Of a stretch of 64,000 nucleotides of DNA, positions 53,473 through 64,000 are shown piece by piece. Location: positions 186,001 to 250,000 of the forward strand of contig JANHCV010000006.1 of assembly GCA_025594325.1 (NCBI GenBank). The letters are read 5' to 3'. Every line of letters begins with the position of its first letter. Within the stretch, counting starts at the first letter, position 1. Origin of the DNA: Blastocladiella emersonii ATCC 22665. Its lineage: Eukaryota; Fungi; Blastocladiomycota. The notes beneath the pieces were generated by a model. That model did no database searches. It saw nothing but the letters and a program-made list of their open reading frames with translations, and was not told the origin of the DNA. The position numbers and the translations under genes are program-made.

Positions 53473-53477
53473 CTAAC
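53473..53477. repeat. Right target-site duplication CTAAC
   Basis: ...GATACGACA|CTAAC|AACATTCACC. Confidence 0.9.
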
Positions 53478-53595
53478 AACATTCACCGCTTGAACGAACG
53501 CACAGGAGTTTGAGCGTCGGATAAATTTTGGTGGGAGCGAACAAAAAGGTGTATAATGGACAAAGGACAAAAAGAGCGAATTGCGACAGCAGCTA

Positions 53596-55749
53596 TCAAC
53601 GCGGTGCGGGCATACCAGGATGCTCGGCGTGAAACTGGGCGATGCGCTCTTCGAGCCCAGGATTGCCATCCTTGAGCTCGTCAAACGACTTCCACGCCCT
53701 GTTCTTGTTTCCCTGGCGCAGGACCTGGTACTCGATTGTATTGCGCGACCCGTTGGAGTTGTATCTCCAGCGCGACTGGAAGATTATGTCGATAACGTAG
53801 TGGGTTGGGTTGGGCCGAACTCGCTTACGGCGAGTAGGAAAAGGCGCATCATTGGGCGCCTGCGACCGCTCAAAGCCCGTGCGTCTGATTCGGGCCAGGA
53901 ACGACTCCCTTTCAGGGTCCGAGTCTGAGTCTGATTCAGATTCAGACTTCGACTCTGGGCGCGGGCGCTTCGCCGCAGAAGTAGATGATGAGGCGGATGC
54001 ATCGACGCGAGCAGGGGCTGCCCTGGGCAAGCGGAGCTGGAGAGAATCAAGCTGGCCCTGCAAGTCGGCACGCGCAACGCGCTCCTGGTCAAGTTCCGTC
54101 GCCTGGCGAGCAAGTTGGGCCGTAAGCTGATCGTGCGCCGCAGTGAGGCGAGCCGTGTCCTCCTCCTTGCTCTTCGGCCGCGTCTCTATGTCGCGAAGCT
54201 CCAAGTCAAGGCGAGCGCGTTGGGCGGCGAGGTCCTCGCGCGCTTGGTCGCGGTCGAGCCTGCACTCGGCAGCTTCGAGTCCAAGGGTATCGCGCTCGTC
54301 CGTGAGACGCAAAGCGGTCGCAGAAAGCTTGTCTCGCTCAGCGACGGCGCTAGCAAGCTCGGCAGTAAGCGCAAGAGCCTTGGCCTTGGCGTTAGCGAGC
54401 TGCTCCGCCGTCTTGTGGTGGTCCGCCAGCAAACGTGAATGCGTCGACTCGGACTCGGTTACACGAGTATCGGCAGCCTCGAGCCGTCGTGTAAGGTCGG
54501 AGCAGCTGGCGCGCGAAGCATCAAGCTGTGCGGTGAGATCCACGCAGCACTTGTCTAGCTCCAGTGAGCGGCGCGAGCAGAGCTGCTGCAACTCGTCAAG
54601 TTGCGCCTCGAGATTGGCGATTCGTTGCGTGGCGGATGAGAGTTCCTGGACGCTAGCATCGCGTTCCGCGCGCATAGTCTTGAGATCGGAAAGCAGCGCC
54701 TTGAGCTGTTCAGCGACAGATGAGAGCTCCTGGTCCGCGGAATCGCGCTCCTTGCGCACCGTTTCGAGGATGGTAAGTTGCAATTGGTGCTGTTGCTTGA
54801 CCGATGCGAGCTCCTTGACAGCGGCATCGCGCTCCGTGCGCACCGTTTTGAGGTCGGTAAGTTGCAATTGGTGCTGTTGCTTGACCAATGCGAGCTCCCG
54901 GACAGCGGCATCGCGCTCCGTGCGCACCGTTTCGAGGTCGGAAAGTTGCGACTCGAGCTGAGAGCGGCATGCGACGGCCTCGTCGCGCTCGCGGGTGAGA
55001 GCAGCTGACTCGGTTGCGGTGGTTCGGGCGACCAACGCCAAGGCCTCGTCCCGCTTGGCGACAAGCCATGCCTCGCGGGCCTTGCCCTCATCAAGCAGGC
55101 CGTTAGAACGACTAAGGAGGTCGGCCATTTCGTCGCGGTCTGCGCGAATACGCGCAATCCGCCGTTGAGTGCGCTCGTGGTCGAGCTGGAGCTCCGAAGC
55201 GCGCAATTCGGCGAGCTCGTTGGCGAGCTGAAGCTTGGCGTTGGCCTCGTCGCGCTGGCAGCGGTAATCTTGGCCCTCCACGATGGCATCGCACTTGGCG
55301 CGCTCCGCGGCCGCGAGGCGCGCCTTGCACTCGTCGCGCTGAGCGGTGCACGACTCGAGAAGCGCCGTCAACCTGGTCACCTCGTAGGCGTGGTCCGCCT
55401 TGAGCGAGTTGTGGTCGGCTTGGAGCGACTTGAATGCGCGCTGGAAGCCGTCCCGATCAGCACGTAGGGTTTCGGCGTCGGCAAGCAAGTCGAGACTCGT
55501 CTTGTTACGAACGGATGCGGTTGAGGGCGCCCCAAGCACGGCTGAGAGCGGATGCCGTTGCTGTTGCTGGCGTTGCTGAGCGTGGGCAGAGGAGGGGGGC
55601 ATCGGCGAGAGAGCATGCGGCGGTGCAAACTCGGTGGCGGCGCCTTGCGCGGGTCTCGGTTGGGCCTGCGCCGCGAGCTGGCGACCAAGATGGGCGGAAC
55701 CCTGACCGGTCGGGGGCGCCGGTGGCTGCTGCATCGGCGGGTCGTTCAA
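53596..55749 (-). CDS. 717-aa coiled-coil protein with C-terminal chromodomain-like region (copy B)
   Basis: Near-identical to 1070..3223. Confidence 0.7.
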   Translation of the reverse strand: MNDPPMQQPPAPPTGQGSAHLGRQLAAQAQPRPAQGAATEFAPPHALSPMPPSSAHAQQRQQQQRHPLSAVLGAPSTASVRNKTSLDLLADAETLRADRDGFQRAFKSLQADHNSLKADHAYEVTRLTALLESCTAQRDECKARLAAAERAKCDAIVEGQDYRCQRDEANAKLQLANELAELRASELQLDHERTQRRIARIRADRDEMADLLSRSNGLLDEGKAREAWLVAKRDEALALVARTTATESAALTRERDEAVACRSQLESQLSDLETVRTERDAAVRELALVKQQHQLQLTDLKTVRTERDAAVKELASVKQQHQLQLTILETVRKERDSADQELSSVAEQLKALLSDLKTMRAERDASVQELSSATQRIANLEAQLDELQQLCSRRSLELDKCCVDLTAQLDASRASCSDLTRRLEAADTRVTESESTHSRLLADHHKTAEQLANAKAKALALTAELASAVAERDKLSATALRLTDERDTLGLEAAECRLDRDQAREDLAAQRARLDLELRDIETRPKSKEEDTARLTAAHDQLTAQLARQATELDQERVARADLQGQLDSLQLRLPRAAPARVDASASSSTSAAKRPRPESKSESESDSDSDPERESFLARIRRTGFERSQAPNDAPFPTRRKRVRPNPTHYVIDIIFQSRWRYNSNGSRNTIEYQVLRQGNKNRAWKSFDELKDGNPGLEERIAQFHAEHPGMPAPR

Positions 55750-56800
55750 AGGTAAATGCTGCTAGTCGGCGGGGTTCAAGTTTATTCGCTTCGTGGTCTT
55801 GCAAGCAGGGACGAGAGTGAGGAGTGTGGGCGAGCAGATTTGGCGTCGACCCAAGGTGTCGCCACACGGCATGCACGAACAGGCCGCCGATCAGCCGCCG
55901 CCGCCACACTGCGCCACACGGCCTCGCGTCACCTTTTGTCTCGCCTCGGGCGCGAGTCGCGTTGGCGCGTTGAAGCGTTGAGGACACATGTGTAGCCTGC
56001 GTTTCCTGTGAGTAAGCTCTGCCGTTAGTTCGATGAGTAATGCAACGAGGAGCGAACACTTCTCCCAAGGGCCTCACCGGAAGCGCGAACAAAACAAGGT
56101 GCGACCAGCCCCCGCGCAAACGCCCGCGTTGGTTGTCGCTGCTGCCATATCCCGCTGGGCCCCGCGAGGAAATTTACTTCATGACGATAGACTTGGACTA
56201 AACATGTGAAGAGGTTGGATCCCAGCGCAGACACTTTGCCGAAATCAGTCTGCATCGATTGGTGGGATGTAAGCCGAACAGACAAGAGGGACCGCTTGGA
56301 GCTGGAGCGCGGGTATGTGTTGACGCCCGTTTCGAACCCTAGTGGCACTTGGGCCGGTGGTGTTCGAACATTGAATCTTGTCCTCAGTGAGGTGAGTGTC
56401 CCTCTGCGCTAGCTGGCGAGGTTCCAAATTACTGTCCGCTTCCCCCCTTTTTGCGTTCCAGCTCACTATAGCCATTAACCTTTGACTGTTTTTGAGACGA
56501 AAATCGCCTTCACCTGGGCATTGCGGGGAACGCGCGGGAGACGCGTCGCGAAAACGCGTGATCCGGTCACGTGTGCGGTGCGAGACGCGGTGTAAGACGC
56601 GCTGCGCCACTCAGTCGAGGAGCCTGATCGGCACCTCTAGTGCAACCGAGAACCACCCATGTTGCATGTTCTCTCGAAATTAATTAATTTTCTTACTTCT
56701 CCTGCGACATCTCTTGCGACCGTATAAAAAAGCGGGCTTGACTGCAAACTCACAGCTCGCCCCGGCGCTGCACTGTCGCCGCCACCGCGAGACCGGGCAC

Positions 56801-57170
56801 CTACCACACGATCGCGTCGAGCTTGGCCGCACACCCGCCCGCGGGAACCGTGACGCTGCCCGCGTCGGCGCCCGACTTGCCCGGCGTCAGCGCGACACGG
56901 GCGCCCTCGTACGCGTGACCGTCAAACGAGCCGATCCATGCGGCGCTGAGGCTGTCGACGGCCAAGTGCGCGAGGGCGGACGCCGAAGCGAAGGTCTTTC
57001 CGTAATAGAGGTCGGCGGGCGAGTATCCGCGGCGGGTGCAGAGGTCCATCTCGCAGACGCCCTTGGCGACACGGATGACGCGGATCGGAGTGACGACGCC
57101 GAGCGGCGGGCCGAACTCGGTCTCGCCGGTCTTGTGCAGCTTGCAGATGGGCAGGTGCAGGGCCGAGAGG
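56801..57170 (-). CDS. Exon(s) of a hypothetical protein; 5' end not resolved
   Basis: Host-like codon bias (…HLPICKLHKTGETEFGPPLGVVTPIRVIRVAKGVCEMDLCTRRGY…IVW*), bounded by a CTATG (acceptor-like) junction. Confidence 0.4.
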
Positions 57171-57488
57171 GTGCTATGTTTGACCGAAGGAAACCAATGA
57201 AGGCAGGGCGAGCAACAGGATGAGGGACTGCGAGGATCGTCCTGCTATTAATGCTGGTAAACTGTAGTCGTGATCATGACCATGGCCGTGACCATGACCA
57301 TGGCCACGGCCCTTGTGAGATCTCCTCATTGGCGAACGAGGTCAACGCCGGACCACGTATAGCAGCTTGCTCCCCGGTGTGGCTGAGCGCCGCCATCCGC
57401 TGCCCTTAACGATCACTCGCCTCCTCCGCCAACTCTTCGGCGAGCTCTTGCCTACGCGTTACTCAGGGCCATCGTTGTTCCTAACTCG

Positions 57489-58024
57489 ATGCATTCTCCG
57501 GCAAACAAGTTCGGGCGGCCATACCCGCGCGCTCCCGAGTCCGAACGTCGCGCCGCTCCAGGGCGGATGTCCCTGGAGGACCTGAATCACGGCTCTCATC
57601 CAACGGCCGAGGTGGGTGATGCTTCCTCTCGTGTGTTCGCTCGTCGGCCACGGATCTTCACTCACCCGCCAAACCTCGCCTTCGTATTCGGACGGCCAGC
57701 TAGGAATTCTTCACGCCGTACGTGAACGACGGCATCGCACACGCTGCAACGCATGCCCGGGCAAACTCGTACCCGCTCCCGCTCGAGGGCGAGAACCTCG
57801 AGGCGGCGGTCAAGCGCGGGGTTGGGTTCGGCCTGGATCTGTTCTACGAGTTCGAGGGCTACAACTTCCAGGACTGGCTGGACAACGTGTACTGGTTCCA
57901 ATTCACGTTGGAGACCAAGTTCAGGGCGCTGATCCGGCGCGGGCTCCTCGGGCACGTCGGCGAGAGCGGTAGTCTCGACCCGAAAGACTGGGCCAAGGGA
58001 TGGTTCGATGTTGCGCCGCGCTAG
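57489..58024 (+). CDS. Small spliced hypothetical protein
   Basis: Exon 57489-~57610, GTGGGT..TAG intron, then EFFTPYVNDGIAH...WFDVAPR*. Confidence 0.45.
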
Positions 58025-58287
58025 CGTGGGCGCGTCGGGTGGTGTGGGATGGAATACAGTCTGATGTTCTCCGTGACGAGAATGGGAGGAAAGATGAACG
58101 GGTTGAATACCAGGCGGGAGAGCAATACGAACAAAAGGCGGGGGATCGGGGCGGAGGGAGGGAACTCCTACAAGACAGCGGGATCGGCGCTCACGGACGC
58201 GCCGCGGGACGGATGGGGTGGTGGGTGAGAGTGTATGAACAAGGTGAGGTGGGTATTCGAGGTGAGGACGACTCCGACGACAACGAT

Positions 58288-60208
58288 CTAGCTCGCGGGC
58301 ACAGGCACGCTCCTCGCCGTTGGCGCGCCAGCGCGGAGCCACGCGGCGGCGTTGATCTCCTGCACACCCCACCGCGTCGCCGGGTCGCGGCGGAGGAGGC
58401 GCGACAGGAGGAGCTTGGCGGGTTCCGAGAGCTTGTAGAGGTACGGCTTGGCGTTTCGGGTGAGCGAGTCCTCGGCGGCGTCGTAGGGCGCGGCGACGTT
58501 GAGCATGACGTAGAGGAGGACGCCGAGCGCCCAGCACTCGGCTTTCGCGGCGCCGTAGCAGTGCGCGCAAGGGGGCGACGTCGTGCACGGGTGGTCCTCG
58601 GACCGCAGCGCCTCGGGCGCGTTGTACGCCTCAGTCCCGAACGCGCCGTGCTGCAGCTCGTCGAGCGGGCCCGCGGACCCGAAGTCGATCAGCTTGACGT
58701 TCAGGTCCTGGTCGACGAGCACGTTCTCGTCCTTGATGTCTAGTTCCGTGCGAAGAGGGACACGCGTTAGTCAGAGTCGCGTAGCAATGAGAGCGACGAG
58801 GCGTACCGCGGTGACAAATATTCTCCGAGTGGAGGTAGGTGACGGCGTCGACGACCTGGCGGAACACGATGCGGGCGCGGTTCTCGCAAAAGGGGCCGAA
58901 CCGGTCGAGGCACTCGAACAGGTCGCGGCTGGTCTTCCACAGCGGCAGCGGCGGGAGCGTGGCCTCGGACGCGAGGTACGCCTCGACCGTCTCGCGCGAC
59001 GGCGACACGAGCGGGGTGGCGAGCTGCACCTCGTGGTGCGGGTCCCACGTCGCCTGTTGCTGTTGTTGCGGGGTCCTCGCGCCCGACTCGGAGGTTGCCG
59101 AAACGAGCGCGGCCGAGCCCGGGATCGAGAACGCGAGATGCCCGGCGCGCGGGCTCGCGGGCGTCGACATGGCCTCGCCGTACCCCTTGTTGGGCTCCTC
59201 GTGGTTCCACGCGCGGTCGGGGAGGCACTCGGACCACGCGACGGTCGGTCCCGCGAGCTCGAGGACGAGGTAGTAGAAGGCGGGGTCCTCGTAGTGGGCG
59301 ACGTAGCGGATCATGCACTTGTGGCGCAGCTGGCTCAGGACGCGGATCTCGTTGGGCAGGGCGTCGGGCGCCGCGGGGATGCGGCGCAGCGACAGCGTGG
59401 CGCTCGCGGGCGTCGACGGCGTCAGCGGCGTGAGCGGCGGATTGGATGGCGACATGCCGTCGCGCAGGGTGAGCGCCGAGTCCGAGTGCGGCAGCGGCAG
59501 CGAGTCGAGGTCGCCCGGCGTCGGGGACAGCGAGGCGCGGCCGTGGCCCGCGCCAAACGTCTTGCGCACGTGGCGGCGCATCGCGCGGTCGCGGAAGATG
59601 AACTTGACGGCGACCGGCATGCCCGTGTCGGGGCCCGACCGCACGGTGCCGCGGATGACCACGGCGTGCGCGCCGATGCCGAGCACCTCCTCGGACAGCT
59701 GGACTGCGGCGAGAAAGTCCGGGTGCAGCGCGGCGCCGAACAGCTGCTGGCGGCCCGGCAGGTCGAGCGGCGTGCGCAGGGTGGTGAGCGAGGCGAGCAG
59801 CGCGGCGGCGTGGAACCCGTTCGCGCCGCCGGCCGGCGGGTCGTGGACCTTGGACATGTCGAGCGCCGGCGGTCGCGCTGCCGCGGCAGATGGCGGCTGC
59901 TGCTCCATGTCGCCGTCACCGTCGCGAGGTGTTGGCGCGTCGCGCTCGCTAGCGGTGGAGCAGTTGAGCGAGGCGGGCGACGACGAGGGCGTGGGCGAGG
60001 CGACGCTCGAGGCGCCGCTGATGCGGATCTCGCCGTTGTCGTCGGGCGGGGCCGACTCGTCGGCGTCTGGCGGTGGTGGGTGCGGCGACGCGTGGGCGCA
60101 CGCGATGGTCGCGTCGGTGGTGGGCCGGTGACTGGAGGTAGCAGCAGCGGCGGCGGCGGCGAGCAGGTCGCACGGCGGCGGGTGCGACGCGAGTGTGGTA
60201 GATGACAT
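58288..60208 (-). CDS. Ser/Thr protein kinase, PIM/PAS-kinase-like (intron ~58740-58806)
   Basis: LGIGAHAVV, VAVKFI, spliced HRDIKDEN, KLIDFGSA, FGTEAYNAPE, CWALGVLLY. Confidence 0.9.
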
Positions 60209-61213
60209 TGCAGGAGCGGCGGGCGGTGCAGGATGCGAATGCAGTGCAGCGAGTGCGTGGAAACGTTTTACGGGTGCAGGGGAATCGCGTAGAGTTGAAA
60301 GGGAAGAGAGGGAGGGGAGAGAGCGAGTGCGGCGCGGCACGGCACGGGTGGGTGGCGAAGGCGCGGAGGCGCGTGGCGGCGAGATGGACGCGAGACGAAA
60401 CCGACGCGTGCTTCTGGGGACCCGCGTGATTTCGGGACGCGCTCCTCCGCTGTTCACCGACCAAGAGAGCGAACGGAAGTGATCGAGCTCGGACCGCTCG
60501 CCAGACTCTGGCGCGAACCCTCCCCGGGTCCCAGCGGAGAACACGGCGGGGTTTGCGCGAGCGGGCGGGCAGGGACGGCGTGCGTGCGAGTCCCACGCCC
60601 CTCCCTTCCCACCCTGCCTTCCCTGCTTTCCCTGCCGAGCGAAATCTGCCCCGTCCTGCGCGCCCGATCCACGATAAGCCCGGTGCACTTGTTTTCGATC
60701 GCGCCCGGCTTCCTCAGCGGGTCCCGCCATCGCGGCCGACCACGGTTTCCCACGCGTCGCCGCGCTGATAACGCGCGCCGGTGTCTTTGCCGGTGTGGAC
60801 CGCGTCGCGTGGGCGGGCGCGTCATGGGAGTCGTCCTGCACGCGACATCGACGAAGGTGCGAGACACGGCCGTTGACTTGGCGGAGTCGGTCGCTGACCG
60901 CGTTGACTCGATGGCGTCTGCACCACGCAAGCCGAGTCCTTCGCGGTGGCCGCAGCGGATTGCAGCGACTCGTTCAAGAATCACGCCAATATTGCGCTCG
61001 CGAGAGTGGAACGAGCCAGCGAGCAAATACGAGGGAGAAATGGAAATACCGAGTCAGGTGATCTCAGCTGATGCCCGGCAGCTCAACACTTGGTCCGCCG
61101 TCGCCACTTTTTATTGCGCCTTGCCGAGCGGGCGCGCGCGCACCGCCGACGAGAACGACCCGTTCGCCGCCGAGCTCGGACCCGCCCATCGCACCTCGAT
61201 CGCCGCTGTCGCC

Positions 61214-62180
61214 ATGAACACCCTCCGCACCGGTCTCCCCAAGGTGCGCCCGTCCACGTCCCGGATGGCAGCGGGCGCGCGCGCGTGTGAGTGTGGGGCT
61301 CGAGGACTCGCGGGCCGACCATGGGCATTCGCGCGCACTATGACTATCGGCAACCGTGACGCTGGGGTTCTTTCAATGTGCCCTCGCGAATGAAACTCGA
61401 CACGGCCTCGCACTCACTCGCCTTGGCCCACACCACACGCCCGCGCGGTCGCGCGTCCCTTGCGCCCAACTTCGAACCGCAACGCTCATGCACCCCCTGC
61501 CCTGTCATCTTCGTAGCTCGCCCGCGGCTTCGCCTCGGCGACCGTCCAGGTCCCCATCCAGATGCACAGCCTGGAGGGCCGCTACGCCACGGCGCTGTTC
61601 ACGGCCGCGTCCAAGGCCGAGTCGCTGTCGGCCGTCGAGCAGGACCTGCGCAAGTTCAACGCCAACCTCAAGGCCGACGCCCAGTTCAAGGCCTTCATCG
61701 AGTCGCCCGTCGTCGACCGCGGCGTCAAGGCCGACGTCATGACCGCCGTCGCGGAGAAGCAGGCCTTCTCGGCCACCACCGCCAACTTCTTTGGTCTCCT
61801 CGCCGAGAACGGCCGCCTCGACCTGACCGTCCCCGTCCTCGAGTCGTTCGGCCAGCTCCTGTCGGCGCACCGCGGCGAGATCCCCGTCGTCGTCACCTCG
61901 GCCACCCCGCTCGACTCGCGCACCCTCAACCGCCTGCGTGACGCCCTCGCCAAGAACGGCTTCGCCGCCAAGGGCCAGACCCTCATCACCTCCAACAAGG
62001 TCAACCCCTCCATCAAGGGCGGCCTCATCGTCGAGGTCGGCGACGAGACCATCGACATGTCCGTCTCCTCCAAGCTCGCCAAGATCGAGAAGTCCCTTGC
62101 TGGTACGCTACCTCGAGCAGCTCCTCGCTCTCGAACATGTCTTCTCACACCCCGTGCGCGTCCCCGTAGAGTCGGTCTAA
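61214..62180 (+). CDS. ATP5: Mitochondrial ATP synthase OSCP (subunit 5/O), spliced
   Basis: LEGRYATALFTAASK, FF.LLAENGRL, AHRGEI..VVTSA..L, KVNPSIKGGLIVEVGD.TIDMSVSSK. The last intron gives KSLAESV*. The 5' exon is approximate. Confidence 0.93.
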
Positions 62181-62556
62181 AGCGCTCATTGCAAGTTTCT
62201 CGTCCTCTCCCCCCTCGTTTCTCTTCATTGGACCTACCCCCCTACCCCACCCTCCCCCTCCTCCGGTTTGAATACAAAGGACCCTCCCCGCATCTCTCGG
62301 AATACATGCCACGAGCGCGAGTGCCGCCGTCATCGCCGCCCGCCGTGTCGAATGTTGGAACTCTTCTCCCATGTCTCCCGCGTGGCCGTCGAGCAAAGCC
62401 ACCGTCATGCACGGTGGACCGTGGCAATCTGATTGTGTCCCACGTCGACCTCGCCGCCCCTCCCCCCCTGCGCGTCGTCTGATTACTCGATAGAAACCTC
62501 GCGCTGCACGCGCACCCTCCGACTTTGCGCAACTTGCGAATGGCATTGACACCACC

Positions 62557-63822
62557 ATGAATCTTGCGCCTGCGTCGTCGTCCTCCTCCATGATGGACGC
62601 CCTTGCTTCCGCCGCTGCCGCTGCCGCAGACCCCGCGGCGTCGCCGCTCCCGCGCGACGTGATGCAGAACCTGACGGAAGCCAACGTCGCCATCGCCGCG
62701 TCGCTGCTCCTGCTCAACGGTACAGTGTGGCTCAGCCGGCGGCGCCGCCTAGTGATCCGAGCCTAACCCCCGACCCGACCCCATCTCGGCAACCGCGTGC
62801 CCCGTTAGTCATCCTGTCCCTCGTGTTCCAGCTAGGCCTCGAGTCGAGCATCCTGATCTCGGCGCTGCGGTGCTACGTGCAGCTGACGCTCATGGGCCGC
62901 GTCCTCGAGCCCGTGTTCCAGCACGGCGAGGACCCCGTGGTCGTGTTCTCGATGACGGCGGCGCTCGTGGTGCTGGGCTCGGGCGAGGCCTTCTCCAAGA
63001 CCAAGTACTCGTTCCCGCACATGCACTGGATCGTGCTCTTCAGCATGCTGGTCGCCGGGTCCGTGACCATGGGCGTCGGCATGACGCTCGCGATCGGCGC
63101 GAAACCGTGGTACACGGCGCAGGTGTTTGTGCCGACGTGTGGGATGATCCTCGGCAACAGCATCTCGGGCATCGCGCTCGGGATCCGGAGCTGCTTGGTC
63201 GCGTTCAAGGAGCACGCCGAGTTCACCGAGGTCCGGCTCGCGTACGGCGCGTCAAGGTGGGAGGCCGCGCTGCCCGTGGTGCGCGAGAGCTTGAAGACGG
63301 CGCTCCTCCCGCCGCTCAACTCCATGGCCGTCATGGGGCTCATCAGCATCCCCGGCCAGATGACGGGCCAGATCCTCGCGGGCGCGCCGATCGCTGCCGC
63401 GGTCCATTTCCAGCAGATCGTTATGTATATGATCGTGTCTTCGACGGCCATCGGGACGCTCCTCTCGATTGTGGTACGTCGAAGGGGTGGTGGGGAGTGC
63501 CGGGTCGAAGTGACTGACCGCGACCGCGACCGCGACCGCGCCCGCCTCAATTTAGCTCACCACCATGACCGTGATCGACCCGCGCCTGCGCCTGCGCACC
63601 GACCTCGTCTCGCAGGACCCGTTCTGGCTGACGGCCGCCGTGTCCCAAACCCTCGGCGACGCGCGCGCCGCGGTCGCGCGGTGGACCGCGTGCTGCTGGC
63701 GCCGCCGGCGTCGGCGGCAGGTGGAGCCCGAAGTCGAGGAGGACGATGATGAGGACATGCGGATCGAGTCGGCGGAGCGCGCTGAGCGGACACCGCTGAT
63801 CCGCGGAGCGAGGCGCAAGTAG
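62557..63822 (+). CDS. UPF0014 family membrane protein (FetB/YbbM, STAR2/ALS3-like), 3 exons
   Basis: R.YVQLTLMG.VL, GMILGNSISGIALG, GAS.WEA, ALLPPLNSMAVMGLISIPGQMTGQILAG....AV.FQ..VMYMI. Confidence 0.88.
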
Positions 63823-64000
63823 CTTAGGTTTTGATATACATGTATTTAGTGCAGTACACGCCGACGGGTGTTGTGTCATGTTGCGATGAGGGACGGGTTC
63901 TTGATCTTCTCGCGCAGGAGCTCGAGCGCGGCTACGGGTGGGAGCGGTGGGTTAGCGGCGAGGAGGGAGGAGGGAGGAGGACAAGCGCGTACCATAAGCG

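Overview
The window is GC-rich eukaryotic DNA with short GT-AG introns. The protein sequences look fungal/opisthokont, but the taxon cannot be fixed from the sequence alone. Two host gene blocks are present: SPRY protein, glucose-6-phosphate isomerase, a TagF-like/EEP fusion, Vps24, GH20, FHA and RRM proteins (18-33 kb); and a PIM/PASK-like kinase, ATP synthase OSCP and a UPF0014 membrane protein (58-64 kb). The main feature is a 16,730-bp endogenous DNA virus of Polinton-like (PLV) type at 36743-53472. It has ~930-bp terminal inverted repeats (TIRs), TG...CA ends and a CTAAC target-site duplication (TSD). It encodes an AEP primase/SF2-helicase (one frameshift), a tyrosine recombinase, a Polinton-type rve integrase, a repeat-rich fibre, an A32-like packaging ATPase, and major and minor capsid proteins. 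No protein-primed PolB and no protease were recognised. The uninterrupted pre-insertion site is also in the window (947-951), inside a near-identical duplicated segment (1-3732). That segment carries two coiled-coil genes, one ending in a chromodomain-like motif. The duplication ends exactly at the terminus of a second element (3733-7577) with short TIRs, dense GATC/GGATCC subterminal arrays and no recognisable transposase; it has a diverged relative at ~11.7-14 kb. All protein-family calls come from motif recognition by eye; no database search was run.
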